Shown: positions 52,979 through 64,000 of the stretch, in pieces
Numbering within the stretch: the stretch's first letter is position 1
How the letters are laid out: each line of letters opens with the position of its first letter
Assembly: GCA_030704615.1 (NCBI GenBank)
Contig: CM060734.1
Span: 15,810,001-15,874,000 of the forward strand
Direction: 5' to 3'
DNA length: 64,000 nt
DNA from: Takakia lepidozioides
Lineage: Eukaryota > Plantae > Bryophyta
Translations under genes and position numbers: made by a program
Notes under the pieces: model-generated
The model's input: only the letters and a program-made list of their open reading frames with translations
Database searches by the model: none
Told to the model about the DNA's origin: nothing

Positions 52979-55900
52979 TCAGTTTTTCTGTACTTGCCGT
53001 TCGTTCTGTTTCCTTTTTCCGTATTTATTAATGGGCCCGCCTTTCATCCCTTTTGACGGCCGTTCTTGTCCTCTTTCTTTTTGACACCTGTCCTTGCACT
53101 TCATTCTCTGCTGTGTGTCGCACCCTGACCTCCACGTGTCTATTTTTAAATTAATTTCCGTTTCTTCTTCCTTCAGCCATTTTCCTGAAGTTTTTATGTG
53201 TCCACTTGTCACTGATTCTATGGATCGTGTAACTTTAGTAGGCTGTGTTGAGCTGTGACAGGCTGTGTCATACTGTGTTACGCTGTGATAGGCTGTGTTG
53301 CCCTGTGGTAAGCTGTGATAGGCTGTGACACGCTGCGGTAGGTTGTGATAGGCTGTGTCACGTCGTGACGGGCTGTGATAGGCTGTGTCACGCCGTGATG
53401 GGCTGTGATAGGCTGTGTTGCGCCTTGCTGGGCTGTGATAGGCTGTGTCACGCCGTGTTGGGCTGTGATAGGCTGTGTCACGCCGTGATGGGCTGTGATA
53501 GGCTGTATCACGCCGTGATGGGCTGTGATAGGCTGTGTCACGTTTGTTTTGCCCACCCCGGTCATATATACTGGGCCTAGCGACAAGTGTTCCATACTCT
53601 GTTCGTAACACTGGTGCAGCCCGTGACTGCTCTTGCGGTTCAACATGCAAATCATGCTGCAGGGGTTTGTCATGGATACCACTGTACCCCTTCAACTTAT
53701 TTGCATTGACTCTTCCCAGCATTTCTTTGTTAATGGTTTGTAACATGGCTGTGTTGTTATCATACATCTTTTGGATGACATAAGGTCCTTTCCATGGTGA
53801 TTTAAGCTTAGAAGCTTGAATCTTTCCTTTCTTCTGCAACCATAGAACCAAATCCCCCGTCTTAAAAGTCTTTAATTTGCCTTCATCAAACTGTTCCTTT
53901 CGCTTCATCTGAATTCTGGTCATATTATCCGCTGCATCAGCACGTACTTCTTCCACATAGTATAATTCATGTTTCCTGACCTTGATGAAGTCTTGCAATT
54001 CCATTCTTTTTCCCCACTCCGTTCTCATGGTAGGTAACAGGAATTCCACTGGAAGTAAGGCTTCCATACCATAAACTAATTGGAATGGTGTATACTTTGT
54101 GGTGACTTTATACGAAGTCCTGTATGACCATAAAGCTGTCAGCAGCTTTGTATCCCAATCCGTTCTGTTTGCATTGACTATCTTAGCCAAGATAGTACAT
54201 AGTATTTTGTTGGTAGCCTCTGCTTGTCCATTACCCTGTGGGTAATATGTTGTACTCTTTCTATGCACAATCATAAACTCTTTAGTCAATAACTCAATGG
54301 TCTCATTCATGAAGTGACTTCCTTGATCACTGATAAATTCTAAGGGACATCCAAATCGTGTAAGTATGTTCTCGTACAGGAACCTTGCTGTGGACTTGGC
54401 TGTGTTGTCCCTCAAAGCTTTAGCTTCCACCCACTTTGTAGTATAATCAGTGGCTGTAATTATGTACCTGTTTTGTGTATTCTTGGATGGTGGATTAATT
54501 GGTCCAACAAAGTCTAGTCCCCATTTCTGAAATGGTTCCGTAGGCATTGTAGGATGCAAGGCCATTCTTCCAGATCTCTGCAAAGGTCCTAGCCTCTGAC
54601 ATTCATCACACTTCTGACAATACTCATGTACATCTTTGAACAAAGTAGGCCACCAGTATCCTGCGAGTAGTATCTTTCTACTGGTAGTCTCTTCTCCAAA
54701 ATGACCTCCAGCCACTCCTTTATGAACTTCCTCCAAGACTTTATTTACTTCATGGTGGTACAAGCATCATTTTAGTACTCCGTCAGGTCCTAACTTATAC
54801 ATTCTGCTTCCTACCATAGTATAAGGTAAAGCTCTGATAGCAATTCTCTTCCTCTGCTCCTTACCATAACTAGGTGGGCACTGACCATGAACAAGGTAGT
54901 ATCTGATTGGCCACTGCCAATCTAACCATTCATCTGCACTTCCTTGCACCTCCATTACAAATAAACTCGCATCAGGTAACTGATCGTCCACTCCTGTGGC
55001 GGCCTCTCCTGTTGTTAGTCGTGACAAATGATCTGCCACAAGATGCAAACGGCCAGGCTTGTAAATAACCTCGAACTCAAACTCATGCAAGATTATTAAC
55101 CACCTCGCTATCCTTCCACTTATCAAAGGTTTGTTCACCAGATATATCAGAGCCTGGTGATCCACATAAAACATAAACTTTCTTCCCAATAGGTAATGCC
55201 TGAATTTCTTCACTGCATAGATCATTGCCAATGCTTCTCTTTCCGTTGTGCTATAGTTCCTCTCAGCACTGTTCATCAACCGGCTAGCATAGTACACAGG
55301 TGAATCTATATTCCCTGTAACATTCTGGGCTAACACCGCTCCCAACGCTTCTCCTGATGCATCGCAGTGAACATGAAATACTACATGCCAGTGAGGGTTA
55401 ATCAGCACAGGTGTAGTTGTTACTGACAGTGTAAGTTCCTCAAACGCCTGTTGACATTCAGCTGTCCATGCAAACACTGCATCTTTCTTCAGAAGCTTGC
55501 TCAATGGTGCTGCTATTTGTGCATACCCTTTGACAAATCTTCTGTAATAACTGGTTTGCCCAAGGAATCTCCTTAAACTCTTAACATTCACTGGTGGTGG
55601 AGAGGCTTTAATGGACTCTGTCTTCCTGGGATCCACAAGGAGTCCCTTCTTACACACAATGTGTCCCAGAAGCACCCCTGAGTTCACACAGAAAGTACAC
55701 TTCTCTGGGTTCAAGCCCAGACCTCTCATCCTGCATCTGGCCAGGCATAACTCCAATTTATGCAAGTGCTCATTCTTAGAGCTGTACACACTGAAATCAT
55801 CCAAAAACACCTGCATGAAATCATCCAGATACTCTTGAAAAGATTCACTTATCACTCTCTGAAAGGTCGCTGGTGCATTACAAAGCCAAAGGGCATGACT

Positions 55901-57393
55901 TTGTATGCATAAGCCCCCCAGTCTGTGATGAAAGCTGTTTTCCCTTGGTCTTCTTCTGCCACTTGCACTTGATTATAACCACTGAAGCCATCCATGAATG
56001 AGTACATCTCATGGCCTGCCACAGTGTCTAATACTGCTTCTGTGAATGGCAAAGGGAAAGGATCTTTCTTCGTACAAGCATTCAGCTTCTTATAGTTCAC
56101 ACATACTCTTAGTTTGCCATTCTTCTTGGGAACTATAACAATGGGTGACAACCAAGTTGTATACTCTATTGGGTATATAAACTTAGCCTCAGCCAACTTC
56201 TTTATCTCTTCTCCAACCTTCTGTGCGTAGTTGGGATTCATTCTATACCTCGCCTGTTTGATTGGTACTGACCCTGGTTCCAGTTCAATTTTATGCTGAC
56301 AGACTTCAGGTGGTATCCCTTTTAGATCCTCATAGCTCCAAGCAAATACATCTCTGTATTTGATGAACAAGCTTTTTGCTTCTTCGAAGAATTCCGGCTC
56401 CAAATCAGCTCCTACTTTCACCATCCTCGGTTCCTCCTGAGTTCCCACATTTACTTCTCTCACCTGCTCATCAGCTGTGATTGTCCAACCGGTCACCACT
56501 TCATCCTGTAAGCTCACAGTGGCTGGTTCTTCTAGGATTTCTATTTCTCCTTCTCTTTCTTCATAGAAATGTGATGGGTAAATGCTGGTTTCTTCTTCAG
56601 TTGGTGTTGCTGTCACTACACCACAGCAGATACCTCTCAAACAACTTAGGCTTTCCAGCCTCATCTCTGCAACCTGCTCCCATTCTGGGTGTGCAGCAAA
56701 TAGGGTAGCTTCCTGCTCCTCATCCAGTCCTCCCTTCCAGTCATACTCTCTGACTCCTCGAGGTCTTCTTGTCGCAGGTAATCTACTAGATTTCTTTGTG
56801 GTAATTTGTATCTCGTGCATCCCATTATGCACAGTTAGTAACTGAGAATTCCAGTCATGGAATACCCTTGCCTGTTTCAGCCACGGACGTCCCAATAATA
56901 AGGAGTAAGCCTCCATGACTTCATCCATTTTTAATACAGTTACTGTGATCATAAAGATCATTTTCTGTATCTGTATCTTAACTCCTCTTATTAATCCCAA
57001 TGGCTGTACACTTCTTTGATCTGCCATTGTTACTGTAAATGGGGCTGGTTTCATGTTACTTAGACCAAGCTTCTTCCTTAATTGGTCTGTCATGATATTT
57101 ACTCCAGAACCACCATCTATCAGTACATCAGTTAGTTCTGTGCTTCCAATTCTCAATTGGATTACTGGCATAGAATCATCAAAGTCCATGACTGGTTCTC
57201 GCCCTTCCGGCTTCACATTATAACTGGTCACCTTGCTGTTCAGGTCTGTGTTTCCTGTCTCTTGGGCAATTCGATTGATTGCCTGATACAGCCTGTGCCT
57301 ACAATAAGGTGCCACAGCTAATAGCTGTCCAATGGTAATTTCTGCTTTGGTCTGACATATTACTTCAGCCAAAGTCTCTTCATTACTTTGCAT
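52979..57393 (-). pseudogene. Element D pol (PR-RT-RH-IN), one frameshift (~55880) and one stop (~54765)
   Basis: VLIDGGSGVN; FMDGFSGYNQ; VFLDD; HCDASG..EREALA..VDHQAL..VADHLSR; HKGVAGGH..CDEC; GLDFVG, SDQG, AEATN; WKGPY. Confidence 0.95.
53262..53541. repeat. 30-bp in-frame tandem repeat (~9 copies; RRDTAYHSPS) in the integrase tail
   Basis: GGCTGTGATAGGCTGTGTCACGCCGTGATG units. Confidence 0.93.
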
Positions 57394-57493
57394 GTCTGCA
57401 TCTTCTTTTTTCCTTTCTTCCTCACTCCCTCTTTTTCTCCATCCGAATCAGAGGAATCTGCCACAGGAATATCCGTACTCTTTTGCATTTCCC

Positions 57494-59509
57494 TTATAGT
57501 ATCTGCCACTTCCTTGTGCAGTTCCTTCTCATCCTTCCAAGTCTCTTCATCTTCAGGCATATCATTGCCACTTCAGTCTCATCTTCTTCCTCTTCTACTG
57601 GAGGTATTAGTTTGGCTTTACTTCTTGTTACTATCATTGTACTTACTTCTGGTACAACACATGGCCTAACCATGTGAGCTGCCACCACTGGGCCCTCATT
57701 CACAGGAGCTCTCATCTCATTCTGGTGTCTTATCCAGAATGAACAGGCTGCCTTGCGATGTCCTGGCTGATTACAATAGTAACATAGCTCTTCACCATTG
57801 GGTCCTCGCCCTTGGTCTGGTCTTGGATTATTTCTATAATCCTGATTCCCGGGCTGGTAATTCCCCCTTGGATTACCCTGATAGTTGCCTCTGGAATTTC
57901 CTTGGTAATTCCCTCTTGAATTACCTCTCCCTTCCATGCCATTGTTATAGCCACCAGACCTACCATAGTGGTCCTGATCATTGCTTCTTCTTGGCTGGGG
58001 CTGCACCTGATGCACCCTCACTTGCCTAGGTTCTCTTGCAGCTGTCCTTCTGTTGTAGTAACAATTCTCAGTAGAATGGTTATCCATTTTACAGATAGTA
58101 CAGTGTTTCTCCTTCATGTGGCATTCTGTAGTGGTATGGCCTTCATTCTGGCACTTTGCACACCATACACCCTTCCTCCAATGTGTTGCAGCCTCTGTGG
58201 CATACTTCTTCAAGATTTCTTCCAATCTTTTCTCATAGTTATCCCTCTTCAACTTTTCCTTTCTCTTACTCTTTCTTTTTAGTTCTTGCTCTTCTTCTTC
58301 ATCTGACTCATCTTCAGAGTCCTCATCTTCCTTTTTCTCTCTCCTGAGCATTCCCAATTGCTCAATTCTGTTTGCAGTTTCAAATGCCTCCTCCACTGTA
58401 TTATGGGGTAACATATCCACTTTCTTCTGCAACTCTGGTCTTAGTCCACTCACAAACCAAGTCTTCTGTAAACCGGGTGCTGGTACTGCAGCCAGCTTTT
58501 TCATCATCAATTCCATCTTCTCCATATACTCTTCAACAGTTTCATGCTTCTTCTGCTTCAGCTGTTGTAAACTTCCATACACTTCATCCTCAGTTTTACT
58601 TGTCCTGAACCTATTTCGAAATGCTGTATTCAAGCCATTCCAGGTTAGGAAATGATTATCAGGGAATCTTGCATACCATTCACTTGCTTTCTTGATAAGT
58701 GAACAAGGAAACAGTCTCATCTTGGCATCATCGCCATTCTCATTGTTCACTATACACATGTGCTCAAATTGGCTAATGTGTACATCGGGATCCCCTTTTC
58801 CTGAATATATTGGAAAGGGTGGTTTTGCCCGTGTTGGTTGTAACGCCATCTGTGGCCCTACCTTCTGCCCACTGACAGGTGCTGGCACCCTTGCTGGTGC
58901 TGGTCCTTCTGGACCTGTTGTTTTTGTGGTGGATCTTCCACCAAGTGGTGGCCCTTGAGCACTCCCTGCTTCTGGCCCCACGATATTCACAGTATTCCCA
59001 GCTTCAGTTGCACTACTTCCCACACTCCCTGTCCCCCCAGAGCCAGATCCAGGCAGCCCGCCTGATCCCCCTGAGCCGACACCTTCGTTGGCCTGTGATC
59101 CAAGTGCTCCACTTGATCCAGGTCCAACGGGTTGGGATGTCCTGGTTGTAGTCTCAACCTCAGCTGTTGGGTCTACTTCTTCATATTCTTCCTCTTCCAA
59201 TTTCTTCTCTCTGTTTTCATCCTCCAAGTTCTGCCCTTGGGTTTCTTCTTCACTCATGTAACTCAACTGTAATGGTGTTGGAGAGTCTGAACTCTCCGTT
59301 GGCTCTGCCACATCCTCATCTCCTTCTTCATCTTCTGCTTCAGAAACTGGAGTTCCTGCTTTTGGTGTTCCATGCCAACTCTTATCAAAGATTTCTGTCA
59401 AGTCTTTTATCCAAGGATGTACCTCAGATCTTTCACCTCGTGATTGATCTTCTTCCTGTACCAATTCCCTTAATCTTTCTTGCAAAGAAACAAAAGGAGT
59501 GGCATCCAA
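57494..59509 (-). CDS. Element D gag with three CCHC zinc knuckles
   Basis: YSGKGDPDVHI..RLFPCSL..EWY..TWNGLNTAFRNRF..LKQKKHETVEEY; CAKCQNEGHTTTEC, CTICKMDNHSTENC, CYYCNQPGHRKAAC. Confidence 0.92.
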   Translation of the reverse strand: MDATPFVSLQERLRELVQEEDQSRGERSEVHPWIKDLTEIFDKSWHGTPKAGTPVSEAEDEEGDEDVAEPTESSDSPTPLQLSYMSEEETQGQNLEDENREKKLEEEEYEEVDPTAEVETTTRTSQPVGPGSSGALGSQANEGVGSGGSGGLPGSGSGGTGSVGSSATEAGNTVNIVGPEAGSAQGPPLGGRSTTKTTGPEGPAPARVPAPVSGQKVGPQMALQPTRAKPPFPIYSGKGDPDVHISQFEHMCIVNNENGDDAKMRLFPCSLIKKASEWYARFPDNHFLTWNGLNTAFRNRFRTSKTEDEVYGSLQQLKQKKHETVEEYMEKMELMMKKLAAVPAPGLQKTWFVSGLRPELQKKVDMLPHNTVEEAFETANRIEQLGMLRREKKEDEDSEDESDEEEEQELKRKSKRKEKLKRDNYEKRLEEILKKYATEAATHWRKGVWCAKCQNEGHTTTECHMKEKHCTICKMDNHSTENCYYNRRTAAREPRQVRVHQVQPQPRRSNDQDHYGRSGGYNNGMEGRGNSRGNYQGNSRGNYQGNPRGNYQPGNQDYRNNPRPDQGRGPNGEELCYYCNQPGHRKAACSFWIRHQNEMRAPVNEGPVVAAHMVRPCVVPEVSTMIVTRSKAKLIPPVEEEEDETEVAMICLKMKRLGRMRRNCTRKWQIL

Positions 59510-59701
59510 CTCTAGTTCTTCCGGTATAGGTGATGCACTTTTTGATCTTGATGGTGTGAGAGGTCCAGATGATTCCCCTATGTCTATTCCTCTCTCCCAA
59601 AGATATGGATAATTAGCTTTCAGATAGCTTTCTCTTTTTGATGAATATCTTTGTCGTCTAGCTTCTCTTTCATCACTTATGTCCCATGTCTTTCATTTCT
59701 T

Positions 59702-60279
59702 TTAATGTGGCAATAACCAAAACTCTCTTCTGTAATATCTCTCGTATATGCCTGGATTTCTTTCAAGCTTCAATGCACCCTTGGCTATACTTGAAGTCTC
59801 CGTTACCATATAACCATATGGCAAACAAGTCTGAAAAGCTGTTCTTGGTGTGAGTTTGATCCACAAAATATCCTTTGGAATCCAATTCTTTACCAGTACA
59901 AGCTCTTCATGCATATGAGTATAAACATTCACCTTTCTTTCTTCCCAACCTTCAAACTCTACTCGTTTAATGGATAGCAACGCTATCACATAAACTAATG
60001 TTGGTAACCAACGTGCTCTTCCTCTACAGGCTACCTGATAAATCTTTATCACTCCTTTCTCCAGACCCCATTCTGGATCAGCATCATGCACTCGTTTAAG
60101 AATATTTTCTTTACATCCGTCTGGCAATTCCAAGAACCTTTGAAAGAATTGTTTGGACAATCTTTCTTCCTTCGTTCCACAGGGAATTTGATTCACTTCA
60201 AACTCTTTAATGGTCCAACCACCATGATCCCACCAGATGCCTGTCACATCTGGTTGTTCATGTCCCAGGTCCCCATGAT
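59702..60279 (-). CDS. Element D additional ORF upstream of gag, unknown function, 5'-truncated
   Basis: 181+ aa open frame on the same strand and with the same composition as gag-pol. Confidence 0.45.
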
Positions 60280-60288
60280 GGACAAGAT

Positions 60289-61381
60289 TGTCGCGCGGCT
60301 TTTACTCACCCATCCCTTCGCTATCCGAGGCGGAAACTCCAAGATAGAAGAGTTGGAAATCTCTAAGTACTCAGCCCGCGCAGAACAATCAGTCATGACC
60401 TACAGCTAGTGTATCATGGGGGTGTTTCCTATTTGTTTCCTTTTCCGCATTCATCTTAGCTACCTTACCATTGATAATTAAGTATCAGTTTGCTTCATCA
60501 ATTTATCGGTTTCCTTAACTCCTCCATTCAATCCACAGCTTCACTCAGATCTCTCTACACAGTGTGATTGTATCGTATAAGTATCAGATTATGATTTATC
60601 AGGTATCAGGCCGAATCCATTATGTCTCTAATCTGCTCTACAATATCACTCTAGCTTTGCATATGACAAGCATCTACTAATCCTCTTTTCTCCTTCATCG
60701 TGCTCTCCGATCTCCGCTCCCGCCTGTCTCCGAAGTCCTCCCCGAATAATGATCCCCTTCCTATTCCCCGTTCTTCCCTTTATCCTCCTATCCGCGGTTC
60801 TAACCGTTTCCCTCTCTAACCGTCGTATGTGAACTAACATGTTCCCTTCACTGGTGTTGTTCCCCACAGTCGTTCCCTGTCCTACTCTTTGTTCCCTATT
60901 ATCGTGACAGCTGTGTCAAGCGGTGACTGGCTGTGTTTGGCTGTGTCGGGCTGTGCCGGGCTGTGACTGGCTGTGTGGGCTGTGTCTGCTGTGACGACTG
61001 TGACGGGCTGTGTGGGCTGTGTGGGCTGTGACGACTGTGACGGCTGTGTGGGCTGTGACGACTGTGACGGGTGTGTGGGCTGTGACGACTGTGACGGGCT
61101 GTGTTGGCTGTGTGGGCTGTGTCTGCTGTGACGACTGTGACGGGCTGTGTGGGCTGTGTGGGCTGTGACGGCTGTGTCGGCTGTGTGGGCTGTGACGACT
61201 GTGACGGGCTGTATTGGCTGTGTGGGCTGTGACTGCTGTGTCGGCTGTGTGGGCTATGTAACCCCCCTCTACAGTGCGCTGCTGTCACCCCTAAGGTTCC
61301 TGTTTGTCTCAGTCTGTGCAAAAATTAAGGGTACCCTACAGATCCCGTATAAGTGTCTAAGTCCCCTACAGTCCTCTAACA
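60289..61381 (-). repeat. Complete element D LTR (TG..CA) flanked on both sides by the 5-bp TSD AAGAT; contains a GGCTGTG/GACTGT minisatellite (~60910-61255)
   Basis: AAGAT|TGTCGCG..CTCTAACA|AAGAT; removal restores the host gag GAC AAG ATG AGG AAC. Confidence 0.9.
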
Positions 61382-63434
61382 AAGATGAGGAACTTGAAGC
61401 AAACGGATGACATTCGGGGATATGTTCAGGCTTTATGTTGCTCGAAGTCGCGGATATGGCGGAGCCAAAAATGGTCTTCAACTTTGTGGCGGGACTGGCC
61501 CCATGATGGGCCAGGCAAAAGTTGGAGGAGAGGCCACCAAAGACTTTGAACGAGGCAATTGAAAGGGCTGAATGTTTCTCGGATGTCCATAGGGGCGAAA
61601 GACAGGGCCGTACGGAGCTGAACCACAAGAAGGTCCGGCGGGAGGGTGACTCATTCCGACCGGAAAAGAAGTGGGATAGGCCACACGGCGACAATGGCAC
61701 ATGGAAATCGAAGGGAGGGCCTTTGCACGTCAAGGCGACACCTGGTGCTCTGAAAGCAAAATCAGGTGTGGCGGCTTATGGCGGACAAAGGCGACCTTCA
61801 ATGAGGTGTGCTTTAATTGCGGGGAGCCCGGACACATGGCAAAGAAGTGCGCAAACCCCGACAATTGAACATGATTCAGGCGACCACGGAGCTGTTCGAA
61901 GACTCCATCAGCCGCATGGTGGAGGCGATGGTCGCCAAGACTGGCAAGGTAGGCAACTACTCTTGTGAGTTGTATCAGGAGACGGGAGCCTTGCGTAAAG
62001 GGAGTCAGTTAATGTTTGTGAGCGGGAAAATTTCCAAAACTAATGTGTCGTTGTTGGTGGACACAGGAGCGTTGCACTCCTTCATGACACCGGCAACGGC
62101 ACAAAAGCTGGGGCTGATGTGGGGGCCTCTATTGAAGTGCGTTCTGCCGAAAGAGAACCACAACTGGCGACGAGGGTGGCGTTCGATGTTCCTCTTCAGC
62201 TAGGGAGTTGGGAGGGACGTGAGAACTTCACCATTTGCGAAATCGATGGAGTGGATCTTAGTTTGGGGATGACCTTTTTGGGCAAATCCGGAGCGGTCAT
62301 AGATGGCCGCAAAAGAATAGTCATGCTACCGTGTGGGAATGGTAGTGAAGTTTTACAGGTGTCAAAAACGCCCAACCGAGTGGGAAGGCGAATAAACTTG
62401 TTGATAGCAAAGGAGTGGGCCGTGGAGGAACCACACGAGCCCCAGTTTTTGCTTTACGTGAGACAAGTGGAAAGAGAAGTCGATACAGAGCCGAGCCCAG
62501 ATTGGATCAAGGGGATCCTGGAGAAATACCAGGATGTGATGCCGGAGGATTTACCAAGCGGCTTGCCACCGCGAAGAGGAGTTGACCACAAAATAGAGGT
62601 GGTGCCGGGATCGGAGCCGCCTGCCAAGGCGCCCTACCGGTTGAGTCACAGAGAGTTGGTCGAGTTGAAGGCCCAACTCAAGGATCTAATGACAAAGGGG
62701 TACATCCGGCCGAGTAAGTCACCTTACGGAGCCCCGGTATTATTCGCAGATAAGAAGGATGGGACACTGCGGATGTGTGTCGATTACAGGGCTCTGAATA
62801 AGATAACTATAAAAAACCGGTACCCTTTGCCAAGGATCGACGACCTCTTCGATCGGTTGGCAGGAGCAAAGTATTTCAGCCGGATCGATTTACGCTCGGG
62901 TTACCACCAGATCCGGATAGCGGAAGGAGATGAGGAAAAGACAACATGCATGACAAGGTATGGCTCGTACAAGTTTTTGGTGATGCCTTTTGGGCTCACC
63001 AACGTTTGAGGCAAGCACGGAGGTCTGGTTGAACATCAAAAAATTTCGACTACCTCTGGAAGTGAGTCTGAAGTTCGTACCTCCGGCCCTTTTGCATCCG
63101 GAAGGTTATGAATGAGGATGTGTATGAATTGGAGCTGCCTGCAAACAACAAGGTGCATCCAGTATTCCACGTTTCCATTTTGAAGCCTTACTTCAAAGAT
63201 GAAGCGCGTCCGAATCGGCATCAAGTGTTGCGTCCACCACCTGTGCTGTTGGATCATGAAAATGAACCCGAGTACGAGGTGGAGGCAGTGGTCAAGTCGA
63301 GGAGGTTCAAGAATCGAGAAACAGAGTATCTCGTGAAATAGAAGGGCTATCATCAAGTGGAGGCAACTTGGGTGTGTGCCTCAGAAATAGGAAACGCATC
63401 CGAGGCAGTTGCAGCTTTCGAAGGGCGACCTTAA
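61382..63434 (+). pseudogene. Element C gag C-terminus, protease, RT N-half, (deletion at ~63007), integrase GPF tail and chromodomain
   Basis: CFNCGEPGHMAKKC; [10 protein letters not shown]; [28 protein letters not shown]; VYELELP..HPVFHVSILKPY; EYEVEAVV..EYLVK*KGY..ATW. Confidence 0.92.
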
Positions 63435-64000
63435 AAGCCGAAGAAGCGTTGATGGGGACATCAACCTTGGATCGTGGGGGAGGAAATGCATGCTTAGTCT
63501 GGCTTAGCTAGCTTAGGAATCCGGTTGCAAAAACTTGTGTTGTACAAAATTTTGTTTATAAATGGAATGGTTTCCAAATGTTGTGCTTCCTATGTTGTTT
63601 GGAATGGTGATGCATAGTATGGTTGGCTAGTGTGTAGAATGCATGCTAGCTTACAAAAGTGGGAGAGGTAAATTGGATTAATCGTGTGTTTGCGCAGTGC
63701 CGAAATCGGGTGACTCCCATCCAAGGGGCAAAGAAACTTGCGCCTTCTTTGGGAGTTCACGTGCTAGTGCGTACCTGGTGCGTGCGCGTACTATAACTGC
63801 ACTACCGAGGGGGTTGCCTTGTAGTGCGGGCTAACGTGGAAGCTACGTGCTTCCGTTCACGTACTATAATCGTGCAGCCTCGGGACGAAGTCATAGTGTG
63901 GCTTTGGCGTGTTCCCGTACCTCAGGCCAGCATTCCAAGGCGGACCCAATTGTAGTGATTGGGACGCACGGTTGGTTCAAGGTTATCTTCCTAGTCAAAA

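Larger units (their letters stand above)
49700..64000 (+). mobile_element. Element C: chromovirus-type Ty3/Gypsy, internally deleted, gag interrupted by element D
   Basis: LTR-like region with TATATATAA (49981) ending CA at 50284; PBS at 50287; gag pieces; CCHC knuckle; protease; RT; GPF motif; chromodomain; purine run at ~63476-63486. Left boundary approximate. Confidence 0.8.

Noticed and set aside
53262-53541. CRISPR array (also the 60910-61255 repeats)
   Set aside because: Head-to-tail repeats without unique spacers, no cas genes, eukaryotic context.
63486-64000. 3' LTR of element C matching 49700-50284
   Set aside because: No visible similarity within the window; the matching part may lie beyond the right edge, so the pairing is not claimed.

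Overview
This window is eukaryotic, transposon-dense nuclear DNA, most likely from a seed-free land plant. That inference rests on PLS-type PPR fragments, short GT-AG introns, plant-type Ty3/Gypsy and CACTA elements, and tRNA-iMet primer-binding sites. No intact ordinary host gene was found. Contents from left to right: (1) a GCM/MULE/SWIM transposase pseudogene on the minus strand, joined head-to-head to a cleanly spliced beta-class N4C/N6A DNA-methyltransferase-like gene; (2) a ~3.2-kb unit repeated about 4 times in direct and inverted orientation (4.4-21.9 kb), interrupted by two more MULE fragments; (3) a degenerate Ty3/Gypsy pol with domain order protease - C5 cytosine methyltransferase - RT - RNase H - integrase - PHD finger. 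Its integrase is interrupted by three nested insertions: an 8.3-kb non-autonomous LTR element carrying a captured PPR segment, a tRNA-derived SINE and a 5-kb Pack-CACTA; (4) a chromovirus whose gag is interrupted by a rearranged non-chromoviral Gypsy with extra ORFs. Three observations stand out. First, the 8.3-kb LTR element has permuted ends (A1..B1-A2-B2) and a 3-bp TSD. These match base for base what is expected if it integrates from a 2-LTR circle cut at a palindrome encoded behind the PPT. Second, a DNMT+PHD Gypsy occurs in an apparent land plant. Third, an amino-methyltransferase-like gene lies next to a Mutator-like transposase. All domain calls come from reading motifs by eye; no searches were run.
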